Part shown: positions 8,680-17,112 of the stretch, in pieces
Layout of the letters: every line of letters starts with the position of its first letter
Numbering within the stretch: position 1 is the stretch's first letter
Origin: an uncultured Prevotella sp.
Lineage (GTDB): Bacteria > Bacteroidota > Bacteroidia > Bacteroidales > Bacteroidaceae
Assembly: GCA_964561385.1 (NCBI GenBank)
Contig: CAZLPO010000001.1
Location: 11,467-58,338 of the forward strand
Direction: 5' to 3'
DNA: 46,872 nucleotides
Program-made: the position numbers and the translations under genes
Notes under the pieces: generated by a model
Seen by the model: the letters and a program-made list of their open reading frames with translations, nothing else
Told to the model about the DNA's origin: nothing
The model's database searches: none

Positions 8680-10083
8680 CTATTGCTTCACGACGACTCG
8701 GCCGCCGACGACGTAGAGGCCGCGTGGCAGGGTGTTCCAGTCGGCATCGAGGCGGACGCCCTGGAGTGTGTAAACGTGAGACTCGGGGGTGCGGAGGTAC
8801 GGGGGTACGGAGGTACGAAGGTCGCGGATGGCGGTGGCATCGCCATACTGGTCGTCGTCGGAGAGGAAGATGTCGTCGATGACAATCTTGCCGGCCTGGT
8901 TGGAGCGGAACAGGAACTTATAGATGGCTGCAGGGGCCATGGTCTTGTTGTTATAGACCATGTTGTGGAGGTCGATGACAACAGTGGTGCTCTCACCAAT
9001 GACGAGCTTGTAGCCGATGGAGTTGTTCTTGTTGAGCAGACGAATCTCGGCATCGGCAGTCTGGGGTTCCTTGAGCTTGACAACGAGGTACTTGGAGGCA
9101 GACATGTCGGCACCGCTGGAGTAAGACCAACCGGCGTTGACGCCCTTCTTCATGTCGAACGTGCGCGTCTTCTCATCGAAGGTGGCACCTGTAGCGAGCA
9201 CGATGTCGTCGGTCTCGAAGGAGAACAGGGGATAGCGTCCCATGACACGCAGGGCGGTCTTGGCATAGCGCTTACCGAGCAGACGGTAGCCGGCGGCGCT
9301 GAAGTGCCAGGGGTCCTTGCCGTTGCCCTCGCAGTCCTTGGCGCTGATGACGTAGCCGGTGGGGATGACAGAAGGAATCTTGGCTACCACGGCATTATGG
9401 CCGGCACAGCCGCCGCTCTGTGCGCCGACACCCGTGTACTCGACCTCGCCGACGAACAGGGGCACGCTGTCGGCAGCCAGCCCAAGATCGGTGAGCATGT
9501 CGTTATATATCTTCTTCACCATGTTGGGCCAGTTGGGATCGCCACAGTTGGAGCAGCCCTGATGGAGCAGGATGCCCTTGATGACGCCCACCTTCTGTGC
9601 CTTCTTGGCCATCTCGATGATGCGGCCGTAGGGGTTGCCGCCGTAGTGCTGCTTGGCCAGGGTTGCCCACCACTCGTTGGGGTTGTCCTTGAGCTTCTGC
9701 TGGTACTTGTCCTTATCGAACATCTCGATGGGGCTGCCGCCCATGGCAACGGGAATGACGCCGATCTTCACTTCGGGCAGCTTGTCGACCATGGTGCGAC
9801 CGAACCAGTCGGTGGGGCCGAGGCCGCCAGCAGGACTGACGAGTGGCGGAATGGCCTTATACCAGTTGCCCTTGGTACGCTTGGGGCTCTGGAAGTTGCA
9901 GGTTGCCAACAGCTGGAAGCGCTCTGGCACGTTATTCTTGTCGATGGCCTCGGGCTGGGCATTGCCCTCCATGTTGGACTGTCCGAAGCAGATGTAGACA
10001 TAGAAGTTTGGATCGACGTCGGCCTTCGCTCCTTGGAGCAGGGTGGCCAACAGCACCCCTAAGATCAGTACTTTCTTTTTCAT
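8680..10083 (-). CDS. CE6-type acetyl xylan esterase (SASA/SGNH fold) with C-terminal module and T9SS-type tail
   Basis: GQSNMEG, GILLHQG, DPWHF motifs; signal peptide; tail VYTLQGVRL...GLYVVGGRVVVKQ. Confidence 0.85.
   Translation of the reverse strand: MKKKVLILGVLLATLLQGAKADVDPNFYVYICFGQSNMEGNAQPEAIDKNNVPERFQLLATCNFQSPKRTKGNWYKAIPPLVSPAGGLGPTDWFGRTMVDKLPEVKIGVIPVAMGGSPIEMFDKDKYQQKLKDNPNEWWATLAKQHYGGNPYGRIIEMAKKAQKVGVIKGILLHQGCSNCGDPNWPNMVKKIYNDMLTDLGLAADSVPLFVGEVEYTGVGAQSGGCAGHNAVVAKIPSVIPTGYVISAKDCEGNGKDPWHFSAAGYRLLGKRYAKTALRVMGRYPLFSFETDDIVLATGATFDEKTRTFDMKKGVNAGWSYSSGADMSASKYLVVKLKEPQTADAEIRLLNKNNSIGYKLVIGESTTVVIDLHNMVYNNKTMAPAAIYKFLFRSNQAGKIVIDDIFLSDDDQYGDATAIRDLRTSVPPYLRTPESHVYTLQGVRLDADWNTLPRGLYVVGGRVVVKQ
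8784..8822. repeat. Octamer repeat (CGGRGGTA)x5 in the linker before the CE6 T9SS tail
   Basis: cgggggtg cggaggta cgggggta cggaggta cgaaggt; encodes LRTSVPPYLRTP. Confidence 0.8.
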
Positions 10084-10110
10084 TTTATGTTTTATGTGAT
10101 TTGGGTTCGC

Positions 10111-12819
10111 TTATTTCACGGTGAAGTAGAACGACTGCAGGTCCTCATCGCGTGACGAGGTGCCATAGAGAATCTGGTAGCGACCGGGCTTGACGGCCAG
10201 CTCGTCGATGGCCTCGTCGTAGAACTCGAAGGCCTCGCCTGTGAGGCTGATGAAAGCCCGCTTGGTCTCACCGGGCTGGAGCGTCAGTTTCTGGAAGCCC
10301 TTCAGCGACTTGATGGGTGCTCCCGGGTCGTCGAGACGCTTGACATATACCTGTACGGTCTCAGTGCCTTGGCACTTGCCGGTATTGGTTACGGGGACGG
10401 CGAGCATGCACAGCGGCTTTTCGGGGTTTCCGGAATTAGCGGTTTTTTTAATGGTCTTGGCCTTGCCCACCTTGAACGAGGTGTAGGACAGACCGTAGCC
10501 GAAGGCATACTGGGGAACGCCACGGAAGTAGCGGTAGGTGCGGTTCTCCATGTTATAGTCGAGGAAGTCGGGCAGGTCGTCGTTGGAGCGGTAGAAGGTG
10601 ACGGGCAGCTTGCCGCCGGGGTTATAGTCGCCGAAGAGCACGTCGGCCAGTGCACGGGCACCGCCCTGACCGGGATACCATGCCTGCAGCAGGGCGTCGT
10701 ACTGACCCTCGACAGAGCCGAAGGCGATGGCGGAGCCTGAGCAGTTGACGAAGATGACGGGACGTCCCGTGGCGTGCATGGCACGTAGGAGACGCTGCTG
10801 TACGGCCGGCAGTTCGATGTCCTGCTTGTCGCCGCCCTCGCCCTCCATGCGTGCTGAGATGCCGCCGATGACGATGATGGCATCAGCCTGGCGTACCTTC
10901 TCTGCCAGCGGTGCGAAGTCGACGAGACGACGCTCGCAGATGTCGCCGCGCAGCATGGCGAACTGACTGTTGCCATGACGGTAGTCGATGACGATGTCGT
11001 AGTCCTTGCCCTGCTCAACGGGGAACGACTTGTACTCCACCCTACGGCCGAAACCGAAGCCGCGGCGGCCGGGAGTCGGTATGTTGTTCTCGATGGTGTC
11101 GCCATTGACCGTCAGCACATAGCCGTTGTCGGTGGTCAGGGTGTACTTCATCTCGCCTGTGAACGTAGCGGTATAGCGGCCACTGACGCGGACGGAGAGT
11201 GTGTCGCGGTTGACACCCTCGGCAAAGCCCCAGGCACCGAACGTGGAGAAGTTCAGGTCGTTATAGTAGTCGGTCTTGACGGGGGAACCGTCAAGCGAGG
11301 CGTTATTCCAGAACTCCACCTTTGCGCCCTGCCCGCCGTTAAAGTCCTGCAGGTGGTGGATGGTCTCGTAGTCGTCGTTGAGCTCGCAGGCCTTGTCGTA
11401 GATGACCTCTGCGCCAGGAACGGCCTTGCGGATGCCCTCGAGCAGCGCATGCTGATGCTCCTTGGTGGGCGTACCACCATAGTTGCCGTTGAGCAGTTCG
11501 ACGTCGGCAGCGTTAGGGCCGACGACAGCGAGCGTCTTGATTTTCTTCGAAAGCGGGAGAACGGAACCCGAGGCTGACGCCACGGAAGAAGTGGCTGGGG
11601 TGCAGTTTTCTAAGAGGACGATGCTTTCGCGAGCAGCCTGAGTGGCCAGCTGGTCGTGCTTCTCGCAGGAGATGGTCGATGGGGGAATCGTGGACCACGG
11701 CACCATGTCGGCAGGGTCGAACATGCCCAGTTCGAAGCGTCCCATGAGCGTCTTACGGAGATGGCCGTCGAGCGTGGCCTCCTCGATGAGTCCCTGCTTC
11801 AGGGCCTCGGTGAGCACCATGAACACCTTGCCGCACTCGAGGTCGGTGCCGTTGAGCACGGCATCGACGGAGGCACTGAGCGGATCCTTGTGGGTCTCGT
11901 GCTGTCCCTTGTTATAGAAGTTGTTAATGGCGTCGCAGTCGGTGAGCACGATGCCGTCGTAGTCCCACTTGTCGCGCAGGATATTGATGAGCAGGCGGTC
12001 GCTGGTGCAGCAGGGCACGCCCTCGAAGCGGTTGTAGGCACACATCACCTCGCGCACGTTACCTTTCTTAACAAGTGCCTTGAAGGCGGGCAGATAGGTC
12101 TCCCACAGGTCGCGCGGCGTTACCACGGCGTTGTAGGTATGGCGCAGAGGTTCCGGACCGCTGTGCACCGCATAGTGCTTGGCGCAGGCATGGGTCTTGA
12201 AGTACTTGGGGTCATTGCCCTGCATGCCGAGGACCGTCTGGACGCCGAGGACGGCGTTGAGGTAGGGGTCTTCGCCGCAGGTCTCCTGTCCCCTGCCCCA
12301 CCGCGGATCGCGGAAGATGTTGACGTTGGGGCACCAGAACGTGAGCTCGGGGTTACCGGGATAGTAGGTGGCGCCCATGGGCACGTTGAAGACGTTATGG
12401 TCGGAGCGGTTCCAGTTGGCACGGGCCTCGTCGCTGACTTGCGAGAAGACGTCGTAAACGAGCTGCGCATTGAAGGCAGCCGCCAGACCGATGGGCTGCG
12501 GATAGACGGTGTAGTCGCTCTGACGCACACCATGGCAGGCCTCGCTCCACCAGTTATAAGAAGGAATGCCGAGACGGTCGATGGATATGGACTTGTTCAT
12601 CATCAGTCCCACCTTCTCCTCGGGCGTAAGCAGGGAGATGAGGTTCTCGACACGCTCGCGACGCGAGAGCGACGTGTCCTGGAACGGATAAGTCTGCGCC
12701 GCTGCGGGGCTAGTGAGAGGCGCTTTTCGTGAGGCGTGAGACGTGAGGCGTGAGGCGAGAATAAGGGAGAGAATAAGAATGATGAGACGAGGTACGGGGT
12801 ATGTTATGAGTTTTTTCAT
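10111..12819 (-). CDS. GH3 beta-xylosidase with PA14 insert and Fn3-like C-terminus
   Basis: Start MKKLITYP (ATG 12819); WWSEACHG, PNVNIFRDPRWGRGQET-x-GEDP, AKHYAVH, VMCAYN, LTDCDA, EGE, WYPGQ, FGYGLSYT. Confidence 0.92.
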   Translation of the reverse strand: MKKLITYPVPRLIILILSLILASRLTSHASRKAPLTSPAAAQTYPFQDTSLSRRERVENLISLLTPEEKVGLMMNKSISIDRLGIPSYNWWSEACHGVRQSDYTVYPQPIGLAAAFNAQLVYDVFSQVSDEARANWNRSDHNVFNVPMGATYYPGNPELTFWCPNVNIFRDPRWGRGQETCGEDPYLNAVLGVQTVLGMQGNDPKYFKTHACAKHYAVHSGPEPLRHTYNAVVTPRDLWETYLPAFKALVKKGNVREVMCAYNRFEGVPCCTSDRLLINILRDKWDYDGIVLTDCDAINNFYNKGQHETHKDPLSASVDAVLNGTDLECGKVFMVLTEALKQGLIEEATLDGHLRKTLMGRFELGMFDPADMVPWSTIPPSTISCEKHDQLATQAARESIVLLENCTPATSSVASASGSVLPLSKKIKTLAVVGPNAADVELLNGNYGGTPTKEHQHALLEGIRKAVPGAEVIYDKACELNDDYETIHHLQDFNGGQGAKVEFWNNASLDGSPVKTDYYNDLNFSTFGAWGFAEGVNRDTLSVRVSGRYTATFTGEMKYTLTTDNGYVLTVNGDTIENNIPTPGRRGFGFGRRVEYKSFPVEQGKDYDIVIDYRHGNSQFAMLRGDICERRLVDFAPLAEKVRQADAIIVIGGISARMEGEGGDKQDIELPAVQQRLLRAMHATGRPVIFVNCSGSAIAFGSVEGQYDALLQAWYPGQGGARALADVLFGDYNPGGKLPVTFYRSNDDLPDFLDYNMENRTYRYFRGVPQYAFGYGLSYTSFKVGKAKTIKKTANSGNPEKPLCMLAVPVTNTGKCQGTETVQVYVKRLDDPGAPIKSLKGFQKLTLQPGETKRAFISLTGEAFEFYDEAIDELAVKPGRYQILYGTSSRDEDLQSFYFTVK
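12728..12760. repeat. Heptamer repeat (CGTGAGR)x4 in the GH3 signal region
   Basis: cgtgagg cgtgaga cgtgagg cgtgagg cgaga; encodes ASRLTSHASR. Confidence 0.85.
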
Positions 12820-12830
12820 TGTGAAAACTG

Positions 12831-14777
12831 TTATTGCATGGGCATTGGTGGGAACTGTGGACGCTGCTGCGGCTGCTTGGCAAGCGTCGTCAGCAGACGG
12901 AAGAGTGCGCGGCGGCGCTGCGGCCACGTGGGATAGTCGGAGGCACGCAGGGTGTTGACCTTGAAGCCAGGCATCTGCTGTCCCTGCTGCATGAACTCGA
13001 GTTGACTGGTGGTGATGACACACGACTTGACCACGCCATCGGCCACAAGACGATCGGCAATGGCATCGGCGCCACCCACCTTGAACCAGCTCTCCATGGT
13101 ATCGTCTTCGCCAGGTACCAGCTGGATGAAGAGGGGTATGGCTCCCATCATCATGCCGGGTCCCTGCTGCTTCATCGGCGACATGTACCAAGCCTCCTGA
13201 CGCTCAACATCGTAGGCCGTGCGGCCGTGCTCGATGTCGCCCTGAGACGCGAAGTTGAAGGGTGAGCGGGGATTGTCGGCGATGCTGTACTTGAAGCCGC
13301 GGTCGGGCGATAGCAGCATATTGCTGGGGTCGGCCACGCGGGTGCCATCAACCACGAAACAATACTTGAAGGTCTCGAAGAGATACTCCTGCAGCTCGGC
13401 GGTCCACACACCGTCGGAGTCGCGCACCATCACGATATTGTCAGGCAGCATCTCGCACTCCAGTTCCACCTTCTTGGCCTCGGGAGCCTTGAAGCGGAAG
13501 GTGATGCCCTTGTCGCCATACTCGGGTGAGATGATGGGCTTCGGGAAGAGGCGAGCCATGACGCCAGGCGTGAACTGCTGTTCCTTTCCTGTAGCAGCGG
13601 GAGCGGGCTGACCGTTCTTCATGGCCTCCTCGGCAGCCTTCTTGTTGAACAGCAGCGGCAGTGTCTTGGCGAGGAAGTACTTGGCGTTCATCCAGGTGTG
13701 ACCGAACTTGTCGTTGGTGAACTCCTTGACGCTGCGGATACCCCTGTCGTCGAGGAACTGCATGTAGTCGCGAGCATTACCGTAGAGGAAGTCGTCGGTG
13801 CCGACACCCAGCCAGAAGAGGTGTATCTTCTTGTTCGTCTCAGCCGCCTGGTCGTAAACGTCAGGGATGTCTGTTGACGTGAACGAGCTGTAGCTGCAGA
13901 GATAGGAGAACTTGTCGAGGTTAGACAGGCCATTGAACAGCGCCTGGTTGCCACCGCGTGAGAAGCCGCCGATGGCGCGGTTGTCGCGGTTGTTAAGCGT
14001 GCGGTAGTTCTTCTCGATGTATGGCATCAGGTCGTTGATGAGGTCGTTGCTGAAGACATCGCCGCCGAAGCGCGTCTGGGGCTGGCCGTTGGCAGCGGGG
14101 GAACCGCTGCCCGCACTGGGGGGCAGCAACTTGGTCGGGTTGCCATAGGGCAGCACGACGATCATCTCCTTGGCGAGCTTGTCGGCAATGAGGTTGTCGA
14201 GGATATAGTTGACGCGTCCGACCTTGTAGTAAACCTCCTCGGTATCGGTGGTGCCGCTGATGAGGTAGAACACGGGGAACTTCTTCTGATCGCCCATGTT
14301 GAAGCCCTGTCCCATTGCATTGTAGCTGGGTGGCAGGTAGACGATGGCGTTGTTCGTGCCGCCCAGGCTCTTCGAGTAGTAGTGGATATACTCTATACGG
14401 CCGTGAGGTACGGGACGGATGTCGTGGGGCAGGTAGCCGTCGGGCGACTTGACTTCGAGCAGGCTGTTCTTGAAGCCCTCGTTGGGGAAATACTGGGGAT
14501 TCTCGGGATCCATGACACTGACGCCATCGACGATATAGCAATAGGGATAGATGTCGGGGGCGGCTGGGCCCAGCGTGACGGTCCACACGCCTGTGGCAGC
14601 ATCACGCGTCATTTCCTTACGTCCGGCAAACTGCACATCGACCATCACCTGTCGGGCGGAGTCGTTTTTGTACTGGAAGGTGACCATGCCGGGCTGGGGC
14701 TGCGCCGCTACGCGGCTAGTGAATAATGAACAATGAATAGTGAACAGCAATACGGTTGATAAAAAGTAACGTTTCAT
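12831..14777 (-). CDS. CE1-type (feruloyl/acetyl) esterase with CBM48-like module and a second, degenerate repeat unit
   Basis: Start MKRYFLS (ATG 14777); VTF..., GVW, Y-x-Y-IVDG, VPHG, VYLPPSY, RAIGGFSRGG, GHTW; second ISPE...FRFKAPEA...DGVW...DP unit lacking GxSxG. Confidence 0.85.
   Translation of the reverse strand: MKRYFLSTVLLFTIHCSLFTSRVAAQPQPGMVTFQYKNDSARQVMVDVQFAGRKEMTRDAATGVWTVTLGPAAPDIYPYCYIVDGVSVMDPENPQYFPNEGFKNSLLEVKSPDGYLPHDIRPVPHGRIEYIHYYSKSLGGTNNAIVYLPPSYNAMGQGFNMGDQKKFPVFYLISGTTDTEEVYYKVGRVNYILDNLIADKLAKEMIVVLPYGNPTKLLPPSAGSGSPAANGQPQTRFGGDVFSNDLINDLMPYIEKNYRTLNNRDNRAIGGFSRGGNQALFNGLSNLDKFSYLCSYSSFTSTDIPDVYDQAAETNKKIHLFWLGVGTDDFLYGNARDYMQFLDDRGIRSVKEFTNDKFGHTWMNAKYFLAKTLPLLFNKKAAEEAMKNGQPAPAATGKEQQFTPGVMARLFPKPIISPEYGDKGITFRFKAPEAKKVELECEMLPDNIVMVRDSDGVWTAELQEYLFETFKYCFVVDGTRVADPSNMLLSPDRGFKYSIADNPRSPFNFASQGDIEHGRTAYDVERQEAWYMSPMKQQGPGMMMGAIPLFIQLVPGEDDTMESWFKVGGADAIADRLVADGVVKSCVITTSQLEFMQQGQQMPGFKVNTLRASDYPTWPQRRRALFRLLTTLAKQPQQRPQFPPMPMQ
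14718..14745. repeat. Heptamer repeat (ARTGAAY)x4 in the CE1 signal peptide
   Basis: agtgaat aatgaac aatgaat agtgaac; encodes FTIHCSLFT. Confidence 0.8.
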
Positions 14778-14799
14778 AGGTATAGTAGTTTTAGTTGTG

Positions 14800-17088
14800 T
14801 TATAGTTCCAAGGTGCCACGCTTGAAGACTGGGATAAACCACTTTGAGACCTTCGTTGTGACAGTCTGCCCACCATCAAAGTGTTCAGCAGTATGCACTT
14901 CTGTCCAACCGCCTTCAGTCTTAGGCAGATAGGTCTTCCACTCGGTGACGCCAGGCTCTGTGATTGGGCTGACCAAGAGCGAGGGGCCAAACATATATTC
15001 GTACTTCTGCTTGAGGGCTTCAGGATCATCGGCAAAATCGAAAACCAACGGACGCATGATGGTGTAGCCTTCCTTTGCCACACGCTCAGCGCATCGTTCA
15101 ATATAGGGACGCAGTGCTTGACGCTCACTGAGGCTGGCAGCAAAACGCTGCTTGGCCTCTTCGCCGTAGTTCCACGGTTCGGTATTGCTCATATAGCCAT
15201 GCACACGCATCAGCGGCAGATAGACGCTGGTCTGGATCCAGCGCAGCATACGCTCGATATAGTCCTGGTTTGTATATTGGTCGCCGGGACGGAAGAAGCC
15301 GCCAGCATCGTAGGTCCACCAGGGTACGCCAGCCGCCTGGACACCCAGTCCGGCCGTTATCTGGCGACGGAAGGTCTCCCAGTCGTTGCCCACGTCACCA
15401 CTCCAAAGGGCGGAGCCGTAGCGCTGGATGCCGGGGAAGCCGCAGCGGGTGAGGATCATAGGGCCGTGAGACGTGAGGCCCTCGGCTGATGCCGAGGGAG
15501 TAGTGGCGGCGTGAGACGTGAGACCTTCGTACACGGTCTTGTTGACCAGCAGGGGATAGACGTTGCGTACCTGTTCGCCAGCCCACTGTCCACGGTTGAC
15601 ACGACGTCCCACGAGGTCGTCGTTCTCAGGCTCGGTAGCATCCTGCCACCAGGCGTCGATGCCCAGTGGCACCAGACGCTCGTTGAAGTTACGCCAGTAG
15701 GCAGCGGCTGCATCGGGATTGAAGAAGTCTATCCAGTCGGTGCCGGGGATATAGTAGTCGTCGGCCATCATCTGACGGCCCACCTCGGAGTTCTTGTCAA
15801 TCTTCGACCAGACAGAGACCATCAGGCGGATGCCCATGCGGTGCAGACTGTCGGTGAGAGCCTTGGGGTCGGGATAATACTGCTCGTCGAACTGCATGGA
15901 GTTCCAGCCGTACTTACCCCAATACTGCCAGTCCTGCACCAGCACGTCGACCGGCATCTGTTCGGTGCGAAAACGGTTGGCCGTCTCGAGAATCTCCTGA
16001 GACGAGTGGAAACGCTCACGGCAGTGGATATAGCCTAAGGCCCAACTGGGCATGAGCGGACAGGGCCCCGTCAGGTCGCGGTAGGTGGCGATGACTTCAT
16101 CGGCAGAACCGATGAACACGGTATAGTCGACAGCCTCGGCCAGAGGTGAGCGGAAAGACGTCTCGTCGGTCACCGAACGATAGTAGAGCACGGGAGCATC
16201 GCCATCGGAGAGCTCGGCCGACACCTTATGGCGCCCTGCCGACAGACGGACTATAGTAGAGGCGGTAGGCGGCAGCCACAGGTTCTGCATGTCGATGACG
16301 GTCTGACCGTCGATGACGAGATGATGGCGTCGCGCCATCTTCTGACCGACATCAAGCAACAGGGCATAGTCGCCAGCCTCAGCAATGTCGAGCGTAGCCT
16401 CAAACGCATGATGGTGACGCACCTCCTGGCGTCCGCCCTCGGTGGTGGTGACGTTGACCACCTCTGAGGTACGAGGTTCGAGGTTCGAGGTACGAGGTAC
16501 GAGGGTTACCTGGCGGTCACAGGGATTGAACTCGGTGAGTCCGTAGTTGTTCCAAAGAATGCCATATCCCTTGCTGGACAGCAGCATAGGCAGACTGATC
16601 TGCGTGTTCACCTGTGTCAGACGGCGTGACAGTCCGCGCACATCGGCATAGCCGTCCTGGAACTGTCCCAAGCCATAGAGATGCTCATCGGCAGGCGAGT
16701 GGAACGTCAGCGTAGCAACACCGTCCTCTAACTGGTGACGGGTGGCGGTGAACAGCGTCCTACCTTCACGGTTGGATAACGTCAGCCGTCCGTGCTCGTT
16801 GTCGACGGCCACCACCACGTTGCAGTCGCTGACCTCATCATGCTTGACATAAATCCAGTCGGGCAACGCTGACGGACGGGATTCGTCCGTTGTGTAGCGG
16901 ACACGAACAGCATTCTCAGCAACAGGCGTTACTGTCAACTGGCCAGAGCCGAACGGATAAGTCTGCGCCGCTGCGGGGCTAGTGAGAGAAGAGGAGAGAG
17001 GAGAGAGGAGAGAGAAGAGAATAAGAATGACGAGACGAGGTACGAAGTACGAGGTACGAGGTACGGGGGTAGTTAAGCGTTTTTTCAT
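14800..17088 (-). CDS. GH31 glycosidase, probably alpha-xylosidase
   Basis: YGLGQFQ, VQDWQYW, WWQDATEPE (nucleophile), WSGD, WTYDAGGF, MRVHG, YMFGP. Confidence 0.88.
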   Translation of the reverse strand: MKKRLTTPVPRTSYFVPRLVILILFSLLSPLSSSLTSPAAAQTYPFGSGQLTVTPVAENAVRVRYTTDESRPSALPDWIYVKHDEVSDCNVVVAVDNEHGRLTLSNREGRTLFTATRHQLEDGVATLTFHSPADEHLYGLGQFQDGYADVRGLSRRLTQVNTQISLPMLLSSKGYGILWNNYGLTEFNPCDRQVTLVPRTSNLEPRTSEVVNVTTTEGGRQEVRHHHAFEATLDIAEAGDYALLLDVGQKMARRHHLVIDGQTVIDMQNLWLPPTASTIVRLSAGRHKVSAELSDGDAPVLYYRSVTDETSFRSPLAEAVDYTVFIGSADEVIATYRDLTGPCPLMPSWALGYIHCRERFHSSQEILETANRFRTEQMPVDVLVQDWQYWGKYGWNSMQFDEQYYPDPKALTDSLHRMGIRLMVSVWSKIDKNSEVGRQMMADDYYIPGTDWIDFFNPDAAAAYWRNFNERLVPLGIDAWWQDATEPENDDLVGRRVNRGQWAGEQVRNVYPLLVNKTVYEGLTSHAATTPSASAEGLTSHGPMILTRCGFPGIQRYGSALWSGDVGNDWETFRRQITAGLGVQAAGVPWWTYDAGGFFRPGDQYTNQDYIERMLRWIQTSVYLPLMRVHGYMSNTEPWNYGEEAKQRFAASLSERQALRPYIERCAERVAKEGYTIMRPLVFDFADDPEALKQKYEYMFGPSLLVSPITEPGVTEWKTYLPKTEGGWTEVHTAEHFDGGQTVTTKVSKWFIPVFKRGTLEL
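16466..16504. repeat. Heptamer repeat (GAGGTWC)x5 inside GH31
   Basis: gaggtac gaggttc gaggttc gaggtac gaggtac gagg; encodes VPRTSNLEPRTS. Confidence 0.85.
16984..17065. repeat. Two heptamer arrays in the GH31 signal peptide: (GAGAGGA)n and (CGAGGTA)x4
   Basis: gaggagagaggagagaggagagag; cgaggta cgaagta cgaggta cgaggta (17036-17063). Confidence 0.85.
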
Positions 17089-17112
17089 TGAGAGATTGTT
17101 AAATTGAGATTT

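Noticed and set aside
8662..10062. 466-aa + strand ORF, and similar long antisense ORFs such as 18153-19763, 11656-12732 and 39952-41016
   Set aside because: They mirror motif-bearing genes on the opposite strand, as expected from strong GC3 codon bias; no motifs or promoters of their own
14800..14840. GH31 ending soon after IPVF as a truncated pseudogene
   Set aside because: Catalytic motifs and frame are intact and spacing to the next gene is normal; loss of the distal domain cannot be judged without homologue alignment
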